Virus record (IMG/VR): IMGVR_UViG_2711768047_000011
From: a virus
Taxonomy: Duplodnaviria; Heunggongvirae; Uroviricota; Caudoviricetes
Reading direction: 5' to 3' (one strand)
Length of the DNA: 37,931 nt
Made by a program: the position numbers and the translations under genes. Each line of letters opens with the position of its first letter. The first letter of the stretch is position 1. Positions 27,483-37,931 of the stretch are shown here, piece after piece. The notes below the pieces were generated by a model that was not told the origin of the DNA, did no database searches, and worked only from the letters and a program-made list of their open reading frames with translations.

Positions 27483-28655
27483 ATGGCTCAGGATTACCAC
27501 CACGGGGTGCGTGTTGTTGAAGTCAACGAAGGCACCCGATCCATTACCACGGTGAGCACCGCCATCGTGGGTATGGTCTGCACGGGCGATGATGCCGATG
27601 CAAAAATGTTTCCTCTTAATAAACCTGTGCTGATCACTGATGTGCTGACTGCAAGCGGTAAAGCGGGTGAGTCCGGCACATTGGCCCGCTCGTTGGATGC
27701 CATCGCTGACCAGGCAAAACCCGTGACCGTTGTTGTGCGTGTGCCGCAGGGTGAAACGGAAGACGAAACCACGACCAATATCATCGGCGCAGTGACTGCT
27801 GAAGGTAAAAAAACAGGCATGAAAGCCCTGTTATCTGCCCAGTCACAGCTCGGCGTTAAACCGCGCATTCTCGGCGTGCCAGGCCACGACACCAAGGCGG
27901 TAGCTACTGAGTTGCTGAGCGTGGCGCAAAGCCTGCGTGGGTTTGCTTACCTGTCAGCGTATGGCTGCAAGACGGTACAGGAGGCGATCACTTACCGTGA
28001 AAACTTCAGCCAGCGCGAAGGAATGCTGATTTGGCCTGACTTTACTGGCTGGGACACGGTGCTGAATGCCGACGCAACGGCATATGCCACCGCCCGTGCG
28101 CTTGGTCTGCGTGCCAAAATTGATGAGCAGACAGGGTGGCACAAAAGCCTGTCCAACGTGGGCGTGAACGGTGTCACCGGAATTTCTGCTGATGTGTTCT
28201 GGGATCTGCAGGACCCGGCAACTGATGCGGGACTGCTTAACCAGAACGATGTTACCACACTTATCCGCAAAGACGGCTTTCGCTTCTGGGGTTCCCGCTG
28301 CCTGAGTGATGACCCACTCTTTGCCTTCGAAAACTACACCCGCACGGCGCAGGTGCTGACGGACACAATGGCAGAAGCGCACATGTGGGCGGTGGACAAA
28401 CCGCTGAACCCGTCGCTGGCGCGCGACATTATCGAGGGTATCCGCGCCAAAATGCGCAGCTTGGTAAGTCAGGGGTATCTCATTGGTGGTGATTGCTGGC
28501 TGGACGAGTCGGTGAACGACAAAGACACCCTGAAAGCCGGAAAACTCACCATCGACTACGACTACACGCCAGTGCCGCCACTTGAAAATCTGATGCTGCG
28601 CCAGCGCATCACCGATCAGTACCTGGTGAATTTCGCCAGCCAGGTCAGCGCGTAA
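27483..28655 (+). CDS. contractile tail sheath protein (P2 gpFI-like)
   Basis: 390 aa; RBS AGGAGG. Confidence 0.9.
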   Translation: MAQDYHHGVRVVEVNEGTRSITTVSTAIVGMVCTGDDADAKMFPLNKPVLITDVLTASGKAGESGTLARSLDAIADQAKPVTVVVRVPQGETEDETTTNIIGAVTAEGKKTGMKALLSAQSQLGVKPRILGVPGHDTKAVATELLSVAQSLRGFAYLSAYGCKTVQEAITYRENFSQREGMLIWPDFTGWDTVLNADATAYATARALGLRAKIDEQTGWHKSLSNVGVNGVTGISADVFWDLQDPATDAGLLNQNDVTTLIRKDGFRFWGSRCLSDDPLFAFENYTRTAQVLTDTMAEAHMWAVDKPLNPSLARDIIEGIRAKMRSLVSQGYLIGGDCWLDESVNDKDTLKAGKLTIDYDYTPVPPLENLMLRQRITDQYLVNFASQVSA

Positions 28656-28664
28656 GGGGACAAC

Positions 28665-29180
28665 ATGGCTTTACCACGCAAATTAAAACATCTGAACCTG
28701 TTTAACGACGGGAACAACTGGCAGGGGATCGTAGAGTCGCTGACGCTGCCGAAATTCACCCGCAAATATGAGAAGTATCGCGGCGGCGGAATGCCGGGTG
28801 CAGTGGATGTGGATCTGGGGCTGGATGACAGTGCGCTGGACACAGAATTTTCCATTGGTGGTACTGAACTGCTGCTGTTTAAGCAGATGGGCAAATCCAC
28901 GGTGGATGGTATCCAGTTGCGCTTTACCGGCTCTATTCAGCGTGACGATACCGGGGAAGTGCAGGCCGTGGAGCTTGTGGTGCGTGGACGTCACAAAGAA
29001 GTGGATTCCGGCGAGTGGAAGACGGGCGAAAGCAACACCACCAAAGTGACCAGTACCAACAGCTACGCGAAGCTGACCATCAATGGTGAGGTGCTCTACG
29101 AAGTGGACCTTATCAACATGGTGGAAATTGTGGACGGTGTGGACCTGATGGAAGCGCACCGCAACGCCCTCGGCCTCTGA
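28665..29180 (+). CDS. tail tube protein (P2 gpFII-like)
   Basis: 171 aa (P2 FII is 172 aa). Confidence 0.9.
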   Translation: MALPRKLKHLNLFNDGNNWQGIVESLTLPKFTRKYEKYRGGGMPGAVDVDLGLDDSALDTEFSIGGTELLLFKQMGKSTVDGIQLRFTGSIQRDDTGEVQAVELVVRGRHKEVDSGEWKTGESNTTKVTSTNSYAKLTINGEVLYEVDLINMVEIVDGVDLMEAHRNALGL

Positions 29181-29234
29181 TATATCTGAACGGCGCGGGA
29201 TACCGCGCCAGAACCCAATTTACAGGACAGCAAA

Positions 29235-29537
29235 ATGAGTGATAAGCAGACTGAAAAGACCATTCAACTGGATACCCCCATCAAGCGCGGTAAAACAGAA
29301 ATCACCGAAATTGTGCTGCGTAAACCGCAGTCCGGTGCGCTGCGCGGTACACGCCTGCAGGCCATTATGGATATGGATGTGAACGCGATGATGACCGTGA
29401 TCCCCCGCATCTCCAGTCCGGCACTGACTGCACAGGAAATTGCAGAGATGGACCCGGCAGATCTCACCGCTATGTCGGTTGAGGTTGTCACTTTTTTGTT
29501 GAAGAAGTCGGTGCTTGCCGGTTTACCGACAGCCTGA
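29235..29537 (+). CDS. tail assembly chaperone (P2 gpE-like)
   Basis: 100 aa between tube and tape measure genes. Confidence 0.8.
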   Translation: MSDKQTEKTIQLDTPIKRGKTEITEIVLRKPQSGALRGTRLQAIMDMDVNAMMTVIPRISSPALTAQEIAEMDPADLTAMSVEVVTFLLKKSVLAGLPTA

Positions 29538-29671
29538 CGGTTGACGATCTGGTGGCAGACATCGCCACCATTTTTCACTGGCCGCCATCCGTTACTGACG
29601 TTATGCCGCTGACCGAAGTGCTGGAATGGCGGTATAAAGCGATTCAGAGAAGCGGGGCCAACGATGAGTGA
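29235..29671 (+). CDS. gpE+E' -1 programmed frameshift product
   Basis: Slippery heptamer T_TTT_TTG at 29492..29498 in the E frame; the -1 frame is open from there to TGA 29669..29671, overlapping the T start, as in P2. Confidence 0.6.
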
Positions 29672-32600
29672 TAACAACCTGCGGCTGCAGGTCATTCTTA
29701 ATGCGGTTGACAAACTCACCCGCCCATTCCGTGTTGCACAGGCCAGTTCGAAAGAGCTGGCTGGCGCAATCAGAAACTCCCGTGACGCATTAAAGCAACT
29801 CAATCAGGCGGGTAATAGCCTGGAAAAATTTCGCAAGCTGCAGGCTGATAACAAGAAGTTAGGCGACAGGCTGAACTATGCCAGACAGAAGGCTAATTTG
29901 CTTAGCTCTGAGCTGGAGGCGATGGAACAACCATCACAACGGCACCTTGTGGCTTTAGGTCGGCAAACGCTGGCAGTCCAACGCCTGGAAGAACAGCAAA
30001 AATATTTGCAGAAGCAAACGGCGCTTGTGCGTGCAGAACTGTACCGGGCGGGAATTTCTGCGAAAGATGATGCGGGAGCAACTGCCCGTTTAGCCCGTGA
30101 AACATCACGTTATAACCAGGAATTGTCGAAACAGGAGGCGCGGCTGAAGCGACTGGGTGAAGCTCAGCGCAGGATGAATGCGGCGCGTGCCAGTTATGCC
30201 CGTTCGCTGGAGGTGCGCGATCGTATTGCAGGAGCCGGAGCCACTACCACGGCTGCAGGGCTGGCAATGGGGACGCCAGTGATGGCGGCAGTAAAAAGCT
30301 ATACCAGCATGGAAGATGCCATGAAAGGTGTGGCAAAGCAGGTCAATGGTCTGCGTGACGATAATGGAAACCGTACTGCACGTTTTTATGAAATGCAGGA
30401 TGCCATCAAGGCTGCCAGCGAACAGTTGCCGATGGAAAACGGTGCGGTGGACTTCGCTGCACTGGTTGAAGGTGGTGCGCGCATGAACGTCGCAAACCCT
30501 GACGACAGCTGGGAAGACCAGAAACGTGACCTGCTGGCCTTCGCCAGTACGGCAGCAAAGGCGGCAACAGCCTTTGAGCTGCCAGCGGATGAACTGTCAG
30601 AAAGTCTGGGGAAAATCGCCCAGCTCTACAAAATACCTACCCGCAATATTGAACAGCTCGGTGATGCGCTGAACTATCTGGATGATAACGCCATGTCGAA
30701 AGGGGCGGACATCATTGATGTGATGCAACGTCTGGGCGGTGTGGCTGACCGTCTGGATTATCGTAAAGCGGCGGCGCTGGGTTCCACCTTCCTGACACTG
30801 GGCGCTGCGCCGGAGGTTGCAGCCAGTGCAGCAAACGCGATGGTGCGTGAATTGTCCATTGCCACCATGCAAAGCAAGAGTTTCTTTGAAGGGATGAATC
30901 TGCTGAAACTCAATCCTGAAGTGATTGAAAAGCAGATGACGAAGGATGCGATGGGAACTATCCAGCGTGTGCTGGAGAAGGTGAACGCACTGCCGCAGGA
31001 CAAGCGTCTGTCTGCCATGACCATGTTGTTTGGTAAAGAGTTTGGCGATGACGCGGCGAAACTGGCAAACAACCTTCCGGAACTGCAGCGCCAGCTAAAA
31101 CTGACAGCGGGCAATGATGCGCTCGGTTCCATGCAGAAAGAATCCGACATCAACAAAGACTCACTTTCTGCTCAGTGGTTGCTGGTCAAAACCGGAGCGC
31201 AGAACACCTTCAGCAGCCTGGGCGAAACGCTGCGCCAGCCGCTGATGGATATTCTGTACACGGTGAAAAGCATCACGGGGGCGTTGCGCCGCTGGGTGGA
31301 AGCTAACCCGGAACTGACGGGCACACTGGTGAAAGTAGCGGCTGTTGTGGCTGCGGTTACCGTAGGCCTCGGCACCTTAGCGGTGGCGCTGGCTGCAGTG
31401 CTGGGGCCGCTGGCAGTCATCCGTCTGGGATTCTCTGTGCTGGGTATCAAAACGTTACCTTCCGTTACGGCAGCAGTAACACGAACCAGCAGCGCGTTAT
31501 CCTGGTTAGCTGATGCTCCACTGGCACTGCTGCGACGCGGGCTTGCTTCATCGGGCAACGCAGCGGGTTTACTTACTGCGCCGTTGTCGTCTTTGCGCCG
31601 CACGGCATCACTGACGGGAAATGTCCTGAAAACTGTAGCAGGTGCGCCGGTTGCACTTTTGCGGTCTGGATTATCCGGTTTACGTGCTGTTGCTGTGATG
31701 TTTATGAATCCTCTGGCGGTACTGCGCGGTGGACTGGTCGCCGCAGGCACGGTGCTGCGAGTACTGGCATCTGGTCCACTGGCGATGCTGCGCGTTGCCC
31801 TGTATGCCGTATCTGGTCTGTTAGGTGCTCTGCTCAGTCCGATAGGTCTTGTGGTTACTGCACTGGCGGGCGTGGCGCTGGTTGTCTGGAAATACTGGCA
31901 ACCCATCACCGCATTTCTTGGTGGCGTGGTGGAAGGATTCAAAGCGGCGGCAGGTCCCGTCAGTGCAGCATTCGAACCGCTTAAGCCCGTGTTCCAGTGG
32001 ATTGGCGACAAAGTACAGGCGCTGTGGGGCTGGTTTACTGATCTGCTGACGCCCGTTAAGTCGACCTCTGCCGAACTGCAGAGTGCTGCGGCAATGGGGC
32101 GGCGATTCGGAGAGGCACTGGCGGAAGGGCTGAATATGGTCATGCATCCGCTGGACTCCCTGAAATCCGGCGTTTCATGGTTACTGGAGAAACTTGGCAT
32201 TGTCAGTAAAGAGGCCGCAAAGGCAAAACTGCCGGAAAGCGTGACGCGTCAGCAACCTGCGACGGTGAATGCAGACGGTAAAGTGATGATGCCATCGGGT
32301 GGTTTTCCGTCATGGGGATATGGCTTTGCGGGGATGTATGACAGCGGCGGGTATATCCCGCGCGGGCAGTTTGGCATCGTCGGTGAAAACGGGCCGGAAA
32401 TTGTTAACGGCCCGGCAAATGTGACCAGCCGGAGAAATACAGCTGCACTGGCTGCCGTTGTTGCCGGAATGATGGGCGTTGCTGCCGCGCCAGCAGAGCT
32501 TCCACCGTTGCACCCTTTGGCACTTCCCGCGAAAGGTGGAGAAGCAATTGTGAGTCGCGCAGCCACTGTGCCGCTCGTTCAACGGATTGAGGCACCGACG

Positions 32601-32741
32601 CAGATCATCATCCAGACACAGCCAGGACAAAGTGCGCAGGATATTGCGCGGGAGGTGGCCCGCCAGCTTGATGAACGTGAACGCAGGCTGAAGGCAAAAG
32701 CCAGGAGTAACTACAGCGATCAGGGGGGATACGACGCATGA
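29664..32741 (+). CDS. tail tape measure protein (P2 gpT-like)
   Basis: 1025 aa; N-terminal coiled coil, central Ala/Gly/Leu-rich hydrophobic repeats. Confidence 0.9.
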   Translation: MSDNNLRLQVILNAVDKLTRPFRVAQASSKELAGAIRNSRDALKQLNQAGNSLEKFRKLQADNKKLGDRLNYARQKANLLSSELEAMEQPSQRHLVALGRQTLAVQRLEEQQKYLQKQTALVRAELYRAGISAKDDAGATARLARETSRYNQELSKQEARLKRLGEAQRRMNAARASYARSLEVRDRIAGAGATTTAAGLAMGTPVMAAVKSYTSMEDAMKGVAKQVNGLRDDNGNRTARFYEMQDAIKAASEQLPMENGAVDFAALVEGGARMNVANPDDSWEDQKRDLLAFASTAAKAATAFELPADELSESLGKIAQLYKIPTRNIEQLGDALNYLDDNAMSKGADIIDVMQRLGGVADRLDYRKAAALGSTFLTLGAAPEVAASAANAMVRELSIATMQSKSFFEGMNLLKLNPEVIEKQMTKDAMGTIQRVLEKVNALPQDKRLSAMTMLFGKEFGDDAAKLANNLPELQRQLKLTAGNDALGSMQKESDINKDSLSAQWLLVKTGAQNTFSSLGETLRQPLMDILYTVKSITGALRRWVEANPELTGTLVKVAAVVAAVTVGLGTLAVALAAVLGPLAVIRLGFSVLGIKTLPSVTAAVTRTSSALSWLADAPLALLRRGLASSGNAAGLLTAPLSSLRRTASLTGNVLKTVAGAPVALLRSGLSGLRAVAVMFMNPLAVLRGGLVAAGTVLRVLASGPLAMLRVALYAVSGLLGALLSPIGLVVTALAGVALVVWKYWQPITAFLGGVVEGFKAAAGPVSAAFEPLKPVFQWIGDKVQALWGWFTDLLTPVKSTSAELQSAAAMGRRFGEALAEGLNMVMHPLDSLKSGVSWLLEKLGIVSKEAAKAKLPESVTRQQPATVNADGKVMMPSGGFPSWGYGFAGMYDSGGYIPRGQFGIVGENGPEIVNGPANVTSRRNTAALAAVVAGMMGVAAAPAELPPLHPLALPAKGGEAIVSRAATVPLVQRIEAPTQIIIQTQPGQSAQDIAREVARQLDERERRLKAKARSNYSDQGGYDA

Positions 32742-33223
32742 TGATGGTGCTGGGATTGTACGTGTTTATGCTGCGCACCGTGCCGTATCAGGAGCTGCAG
32801 TATCAGCGCAGCTGGCGACATGCGGCTAACAGCCGGGTTAACCGACGCCCGTCCACGCAGTTTCTGGGACCGGATAACGACATGCTGACGCTTTCTGGCG
32901 TTCTTATGCCGGAGATAACAGGCGGCAGGCTGTCGTTACTGGCACTGGAGCAGATGGCAGAACAGGGGAAAGCATGGCCCCTGATTGAAGGCAGCGGCAC
33001 GATTTACGGCATGTATGTGATTGAGGGACTGAATCAGACTAAAACGGAGTTTTTCCGCGACGGTATGCCGCGCCGGATTGAGTTCACCCTGTCGCTCAAA
33101 CGGGTGGATGAATCCCTGTCCGATATGTTCGGTGATCTAAGTACGCAACTGAATAATCTGCAGGACACGGCAACATCTGCCTTAAGTGATATCAGTAAAA
33201 CGGTGGGAGGGCTGCTGTCGTGA
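32738..33223 (+). CDS. tail protein (P2 gpU-like)
   Basis: 161 aa (P2 U is 159 aa); ATGA overlap with T. Confidence 0.8.
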   Translation: MMMVLGLYVFMLRTVPYQELQYQRSWRHAANSRVNRRPSTQFLGPDNDMLTLSGVLMPEITGGRLSLLALEQMAEQGKAWPLIEGSGTIYGMYVIEGLNQTKTEFFRDGMPRRIEFTLSLKRVDESLSDMFGDLSTQLNNLQDTATSALSDISKTVGGLLS

Positions 33224-34320
33224 ATTTCAGCTCTGAACTGCTTAACAAAGGCAACAAAACTCCCGCATTCAGCATCAGTATTGAGGGCAGGGATATCACC
33301 ACTGTGCTGGATAACCGCCTGATGAGGCTGACGCTGACGGATAACCGGGGCTTTGAAGCGGACCAGCTTGATCTGGAGCTGGACGACGCCGATGGAAAAA
33401 TAGCGCTGCCGCGCCGTGGTGCGGTCATTACGCTGGCGCTGGGCTGGAAGGGGCAGCCGCTTTTCCCGAAAGGGGCATTCACGGTGGACGAGATTGAACA
33501 CACTGGCGCACCGGACCGCCTGACTATCCGGGCGCGAAGTGCTGATTTTCGGGAAACGCTGAATACCCGCCGTGAAAAATCGTGGCATAAGACCACCGTC
33601 GGGGAAGTGGTGAAGGAAATAGCCTCGCGGCATAAGCTGAAGATGGCACTGGGTAAAGAGCTGTCGGATAAGCTCGTAGAGCATATAGACCAGACTAATG
33701 AGAGTGACGGTAGTTTTCTGATGCGGCTGGCGCGACAGTACGGTGCCATCGCGTCGGTGAAAAATGGCAATCTGTTATTCATCCGGCAGGGGCAGGGCAA
33801 AAGCGCCACTGGTAAACCACTGCCGGTGATCACTATCACACGCAAGGACGGCGACAGTCACCGCTTTACCCTGGCAGATCGCGGAGCCTACACGGGCGTA
33901 ATTGCCAGCTGGTTGCATACCCGCGAACCCGCGAAGAAAGAAAGCACCACGGTGAAGCGTAAGCGCAGGACTAAGAAGCAGAAGAAAGAGCCGGAAGCGA
34001 AGCAGGGCGATTACCTGGTGGGTACAGATGAAAACGTGCTGGTACTTAATCGCACCTATGCCAACCGGAGCAACGCCGAACGGGCGGCGAAAATGCAGTG
34101 GGAACGCCTGCAACGTGGCGTTGCGTCATTCTCGCTACAACTGGCGGAAGGTCGGGCAGATCTCTACACGGAAATGCCTGTGAAGGTCAGCGGCTTTAAA
34201 CAGCCGATAGATGATGCGGAATGGACCATTACGACTCTGACACATACCGTCAGCCCGGATAACGGTTTTACGACCAGTCTGGAGCTTGAAGTGAGGATTG
34301 ATGATTTCGAAATGGAATGA
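33220..34320 (+). CDS. tail protein / late control protein D (P2 gpD-like)
   Basis: 366 aa; GTG start overlapping the U stop. Confidence 0.85.
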   Translation: MNFSSELLNKGNKTPAFSISIEGRDITTVLDNRLMRLTLTDNRGFEADQLDLELDDADGKIALPRRGAVITLALGWKGQPLFPKGAFTVDEIEHTGAPDRLTIRARSADFRETLNTRREKSWHKTTVGEVVKEIASRHKLKMALGKELSDKLVEHIDQTNESDGSFLMRLARQYGAIASVKNGNLLFIRQGQGKSATGKPLPVITITRKDGDSHRFTLADRGAYTGVIASWLHTREPAKKESTTVKRKRRTKKQKKEPEAKQGDYLVGTDENVLVLNRTYANRSNAERAAKMQWERLQRGVASFSLQLAEGRADLYTEMPVKVSGFKQPIDDAEWTITTLTHTVSPDNGFTTSLELEVRIDDFEME

Positions 34321-34410
34321 TTCTTCGCAATGGAGAACTTTTAAGTTTGCAAAATGGAATAATGCGGTATCATTATTGTGAATTTAGCAAAAATGGGGAG
34401 AACTCGAAAA

Positions 34411-34629
34411 ATGATGATTTGCCCACTGTGTGGAAGTGCCGCCCATACTCGCAGCAGTTTTCAGGTATCTTCATTGACCAAAGAGCGTTACAACCAGTGC
34501 CAGAACATTAACTGCAGCCATACTTTTGTTACCCATGAAACTTTTGTTCGTTCGATTGCAACGCCAAAAGAGTCAAATCCGGTTCAGCCGCATCCAATGA
34601 AATCAGGACAGGTGGCGCTCTCTCTTTGA
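34411..34629 (+). CDS. ogr: Ogr/Delta-family zinc-finger late gene activator
   Basis: 72 aa from ATG 34411; CPLC...TKERY.QCQN.NCS.TF motif as in P2 Ogr. Confidence 0.8.
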   Translation: MMICPLCGSAAHTRSSFQVSSLTKERYNQCQNINCSHTFVTHETFVRSIATPKESNPVQPHPMKSGQVALSL

Positions 34630-34630
34630 C

Positions 34631-34652
34631 GCTGCCGCCATTTTGTCGCCAT
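34631..34652. repeat. attR core candidate (GCTGCCGCCATTTTGTCGCCAT)
   Basis: 21/22 match to 23..44; begins 2 nt after the ogr stop. Confidence 0.6.
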
Positions 34653-34864
34653 CGTTAAAAAACAGTGCTTCTAACATCATGATTTTAAAAGGCATAAATT
34701 TCAGGCAACAAAAAACCCACCAACCTTGAACCGAAATGGCGGGGTTGATGGGCTCCACAAAATGGGGACATCAAAGAAAAGCAGTGGCACTAATTAAGAC
34801 TGATGCCCTGCGGAAAAGTTCTGCGGTTGTGCAAAAAAATTTCATTTTCAGGGCAACTTCAGTT

Positions 34865-36550
34865 TTATCCTAATCCTGGCCATACCATGACGATGATTGT
34901 CCCTGCCAGCGTCAGCAGGACGTTGGCGATTGCGTAAGTGCCCGCATAGCCCAGCGCCGGGATATTACTGCGAGCTGTATCACTGATGATCTCCATTGCC
35001 GGCGCGCAGGTGCGTGCGCCCATCATTGCGCCGAACAACAGTGCGCGGTTCATTCGCAATACATAAGCACCGAACAAGAAGCAGATAACCACTGGCACCA
35101 GACTGACAATCAATCCGGCAATCAACATTTGACCGCCAATCGCGCCCAGGCCGTTATTAATACCGCTACCGGCGCTCAGACCAACGCCTGCCATAAACAC
35201 CATCAAGCCGAACTCTTTCACCATGCTTAATGCACCTTGCGGAATGTAACCGAAGGTCGGGTGGTTAGCACGCATAAAGCCCAGCATAATTCCGGCGAAT
35301 AACAACCCGGCAGCGTTCCCCATGCCGAAACTGAATGTGCTGAACTGGAAGGTGATCATCCCGATCATCAACCCAATAACAAAGAAGGCGCAGAATGCCA
35401 GCAAGTCAGTGACCTGGCTGTGAATCGAGATAAAGCCGATGCGATCGGCGATGGTTTTTACCCGGCGGGCATCGCCGCTGACTTGTAAAACGTCACCTTT
35501 GTTAAGCACGACGTTGTCATCTATCGGCATCTCAATCTGGCTACGAATGACGCGGTTAAGGAAGCAACCGTGATCGGTCAACTTCAGTTGTGCGAGACGT
35601 TTACCTACAGCGTTATGGTTTTTAACGACCACTTCTTCAGTGACGATACGCATGTCGAGAAGGTCACGATCGAAAACTTCTTTACCGTTACGGAAGCTGG
35701 GATCGAGTCGGGCATGGGCGTCGGGATAGCCTACCAACGCTATTTCATCGCCCATTTGTAGCACGGCATCACCGTCTGGATTTGCCAGAATCCCGTTACG
35801 TCGAATACGTTCAATGTAACAGCCAGTTTGTCGATAAATACCCAGTTCACGCAGATTTTTGCCGTCGGTCCAGGCTACCAGCTCCGAGCCGACGCGGTAG
35901 GCGCGGATCACCGGCAAATAAACCTTACGGTTGGCATCTGTGTCCAGGCCACGTTCGCGGGCGATTTGCTGGGCGCTGGTCTGTAAGTCCTGATGCTGCA
36001 ATTTCGGCAAGTAACGCGCACCAACAATCAAACTCACCAGACCGATTAAATAGGTTAAGGCATACCCGAGGCTCAGATTATCCAGTGCCAGTGAGAGCTG
36101 CCTACTTTCCATGCCGGAATGACGCAGTGTATCGCCAGCACCGACCAGAACCGGTGTTGACGTCATAGAGCCTGCTAACATACCGGCCGTCAGGCCAATA
36201 TCCCAGCCAAACAGCTTACCTAACCCTAAGGCGATGACCAGCGCACTGCCAACCATCACCAGTGCTAACATTAGGTAATTTTTCCCATCGCGAAAAAAAA
36301 TGGAAAAAAAGTTCGGTCCGGCTTCGACCCCGACGCAGAAAATAAACAGCATAAAGCCAAGATTAAGCGCGTCGGTGTTAATGCTGAAATGTTGTTGGCC
36401 TAATAACAGCGATACGACTAAAACGCCAATGGAATTACCCAGTTGGATCGAACCAAGTCGTAATTTCCCGAGACATAGCCCAAGCGCGAGGACCACAAAT
36501 AATAACAGAATGTAATTCCCATTTAACAATTCGGCGACGTTTATATTCAC
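34865..36550 (-). CDS. ybjL: putative transport protein YbjL (AAE-family transporter with TrkA-C domains)
   Basis: 561-aa polytopic membrane protein whose sequence I recognise as E. coli YbjL; GC and codon usage differ from the phage cargo. Confidence 0.8.
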   Translation of the reverse strand: MNINVAELLNGNYILLLFVVLALGLCLGKLRLGSIQLGNSIGVLVVSLLLGQQHFSINTDALNLGFMLFIFCVGVEAGPNFFSIFFRDGKNYLMLALVMVGSALVIALGLGKLFGWDIGLTAGMLAGSMTSTPVLVGAGDTLRHSGMESRQLSLALDNLSLGYALTYLIGLVSLIVGARYLPKLQHQDLQTSAQQIARERGLDTDANRKVYLPVIRAYRVGSELVAWTDGKNLRELGIYRQTGCYIERIRRNGILANPDGDAVLQMGDEIALVGYPDAHARLDPSFRNGKEVFDRDLLDMRIVTEEVVVKNHNAVGKRLAQLKLTDHGCFLNRVIRSQIEMPIDDNVVLNKGDVLQVSGDARRVKTIADRIGFISIHSQVTDLLAFCAFFVIGLMIGMITFQFSTFSFGMGNAAGLLFAGIMLGFMRANHPTFGYIPQGALSMVKEFGLMVFMAGVGLSAGSGINNGLGAIGGQMLIAGLIVSLVPVVICFLFGAYVLRMNRALLFGAMMGARTCAPAMEIISDTARSNIPALGYAGTYAIANVLLTLAGTIIVMVWPGLG

Positions 36551-36819
36551 GGAGGCTAACTTCTTGTTTACTAGTAAGCTGTTGAAAGAAATGGTAATTT
36601 ACGATAATGTTTTTTACCAGAATTCAGGGCGCAGATTCATTCAGCGCACCTAAACGATAGTAAAGTAACAATATATTTTACTAGTGTAATCACATTAGGT
36701 ATCAACGGCTATATGAATTGCGTTGGCCTATATTAGCATGGAATGCGAAGCGGCTTTATCTTACTGAACGCCACACTGGCGAAAAATGTGTTCGATAGAC
36801 GCAGTGTCAGGAGGAACGA

Positions 36820-37197
36820 GTGAAACATAAACAACGTTGGGCGGGGGCAATCTGCTGTTTTGTCCTCTTCATTGTGGTGTGCCTTTTTCTGGCGACGCAC
36901 ATGAAAGGCGCTTTTCGGGCTGCCGGGCATCCTGAAATCGGCTTGCTGTTTTTCATTCTTCCTGGAGCAGTTGCCAGCTTCTTTTCACAGCGTAGAGAAG
37001 TCCTGAAACCTCTGTTTGGCGCAATGCTGGCGGCACCCTGTTCCATGCTTATTATGCGGCTGTTTTTTTCACCGACGCGCTCATTCTGGCAAGAGCTGGC
37101 ATGGTTATTAAGTGCGGTGTTCTGGTGTGCGCTGGGGGCACTGTGTTTCTTATTTATCAGTAGTTTGTTTAAACCACAGCACAGAAAAAATCAATAA
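36820..37197 (+). CDS. ybjM: inner membrane protein YbjM
   Basis: 125-aa membrane protein, GTG start after AGGAGG RBS; conserved neighbour of grxA. Confidence 0.75.
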   Translation: MKHKQRWAGAICCFVLFIVVCLFLATHMKGAFRAAGHPEIGLLFFILPGAVASFFSQRREVLKPLFGAMLAAPCSMLIMRLFFSPTRSFWQELAWLLSAVFWCALGALCFLFISSLFKPQHRKNQ

Positions 37198-37226
37198 AGC
37201 CCTCAACGCGAGGGCTTGTCAGACGA

Positions 37227-37484
37227 TCAGGCGTCCAGATTCTCTTTCACCCATGCAGCAAAATCGGTATAGCCGCCGATATGTTGCTGATCGACAAAAA
37301 TCTGCGGCACGGTTTCTACGGGTTTACCTGCCTTTTGTTGTAGATCTTCTTTAGTGATCCCTTCCGCACGAATATCTACATACTGATACTGAAAATCATC
37401 GCGTTCATTGCTCAATTTCTCAGCCAGATCTTTTGCACGCACACAGTAAGGGCAACCCGGACGACCAAAAATAACGGTTTGCAT
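37227..37484 (-). CDS. grxA: glutaredoxin 1
   Basis: 85 aa with CPYC active site (MQTVIFGRPGCPYCVRAK...). Confidence 0.9.
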   Translation of the reverse strand: MQTVIFGRPGCPYCVRAKDLAEKLSNERDDFQYQYVDIRAEGITKEDLQQKAGKPVETVPQIFVDQQHIGGYTDFAAWVKENLDA

Positions 37485-37643
37485 TATTTCTCTCCTCATA
37501 GATTTATGCCTGTAATGATCACGCTAAAATGTATTCGCTGAAAGTAGGTTTAACCTGTTGCATTAATTGCTAAAAGCTATAACTGTTAAACATAATACAG
37601 TGAAAAGTTTTAGACTGAAGGCTCACTTTGCAGAGGGAAGCGT

Positions 37644-37931
37644 ATGCGCGCGATCGGTAAATTGCCTAAAAGCGTGTTGATACTGGAATTTATCGGAATG
37701 ATGTTGCTGGCGGTGGCGCTGCTGTCGGTAAGCGGCTCCCTGTCGCTGCCTGAGCCATTTTCTCGGCCAGAAGTGCAGATTCTGATGATTTTTCTCGGTG
37801 TTTTGCTCATGCTTCCCGCTGCGGTGGTGGTTATTCTTCAGGTGGCAAAACGTCTTGCCCCACAGCTGATGAACCGTCCACCGCAATATTCACGTTCAGA
37901 AAGAGAAAAAGATAATGACGCCAACCATTGA
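37644..37931 (+). CDS. ybjC: small membrane protein YbjC (DUF1418)
   Basis: 95-aa two-TM protein ending at the window edge; conserved neighbour of grxA. Confidence 0.7.
   Translation: MRAIGKLPKSVLILEFIGMMLLAVALLSVSGSLSLPEPFSRPEVQILMIFLGVLLMLPAAVVVILQVAKRLAPQLMNRPPQYSRSEREKDNDANH

Larger units (their letters stand above)
23..34652. mobile_element. P2/186-like prophage (integrated, about 34.6 kb)
   Basis: Complete P2-type gene order from int to ogr, bounded by 22-bp direct repeats; host genes (ybjL onward) begin right of 34652. Confidence 0.85.

Noticed and set aside
34653-34864. Possible small RNA or tRNA integration target between attR and ybjL
   Set aside because: No tRNA-like structure or conserved promoter/terminator pair recognised; the att core instead overlaps the int 3' end, typical of P2-type integration into non-tRNA sites.

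Overview
The window holds a nearly complete P2/186-family temperate myovirus prophage of about 34.6 kb (about 23..34652), followed by chromosomal genes I recognise as the Escherichia coli ybjL-ybjM-grxA-ybjC block (34865..37931). The prophage is bounded by a 22-bp direct repeat (23..44 and 34631..34652, one mismatch) and runs in the order int, cI, apl, cII, early genes, dam, replication gene A, variable region, cos, variable gene, then the late genes Q P | O N M L X, lysis genes, R S, V W J I H G, FI FII E/E' T U D, ogr. The conserved backbone is GC-rich, and four AT-rich cargo insertions sit at the positions where P2-like phages are known to carry variable, often anti-phage, genes: (1) a 352-aa protein of unknown function on the opposite strand between gene A and cos (7977..9035), beside a LexA-box-controlled small-ORF + dinI-like operon; (2) a 593-aa DUF262/DUF1524 (GmrSD-family, type IV restriction-like) protein between cos and the portal gene (9569..11350); (3) a 266-aa protein with a TIR-like N-terminal domain between tail genes S and V (20253..21053); (4) a 290-aa protein of unknown function (25926..26798) sitting inside a decayed invertible tail-fibre switch with an internally deleted invertase. 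The best candidates for an undescribed system are the 352-aa and 290-aa proteins and the TIR-like protein. All calls come from reading the sequence and ORF translations and from recalled family knowledge; no database search was run.
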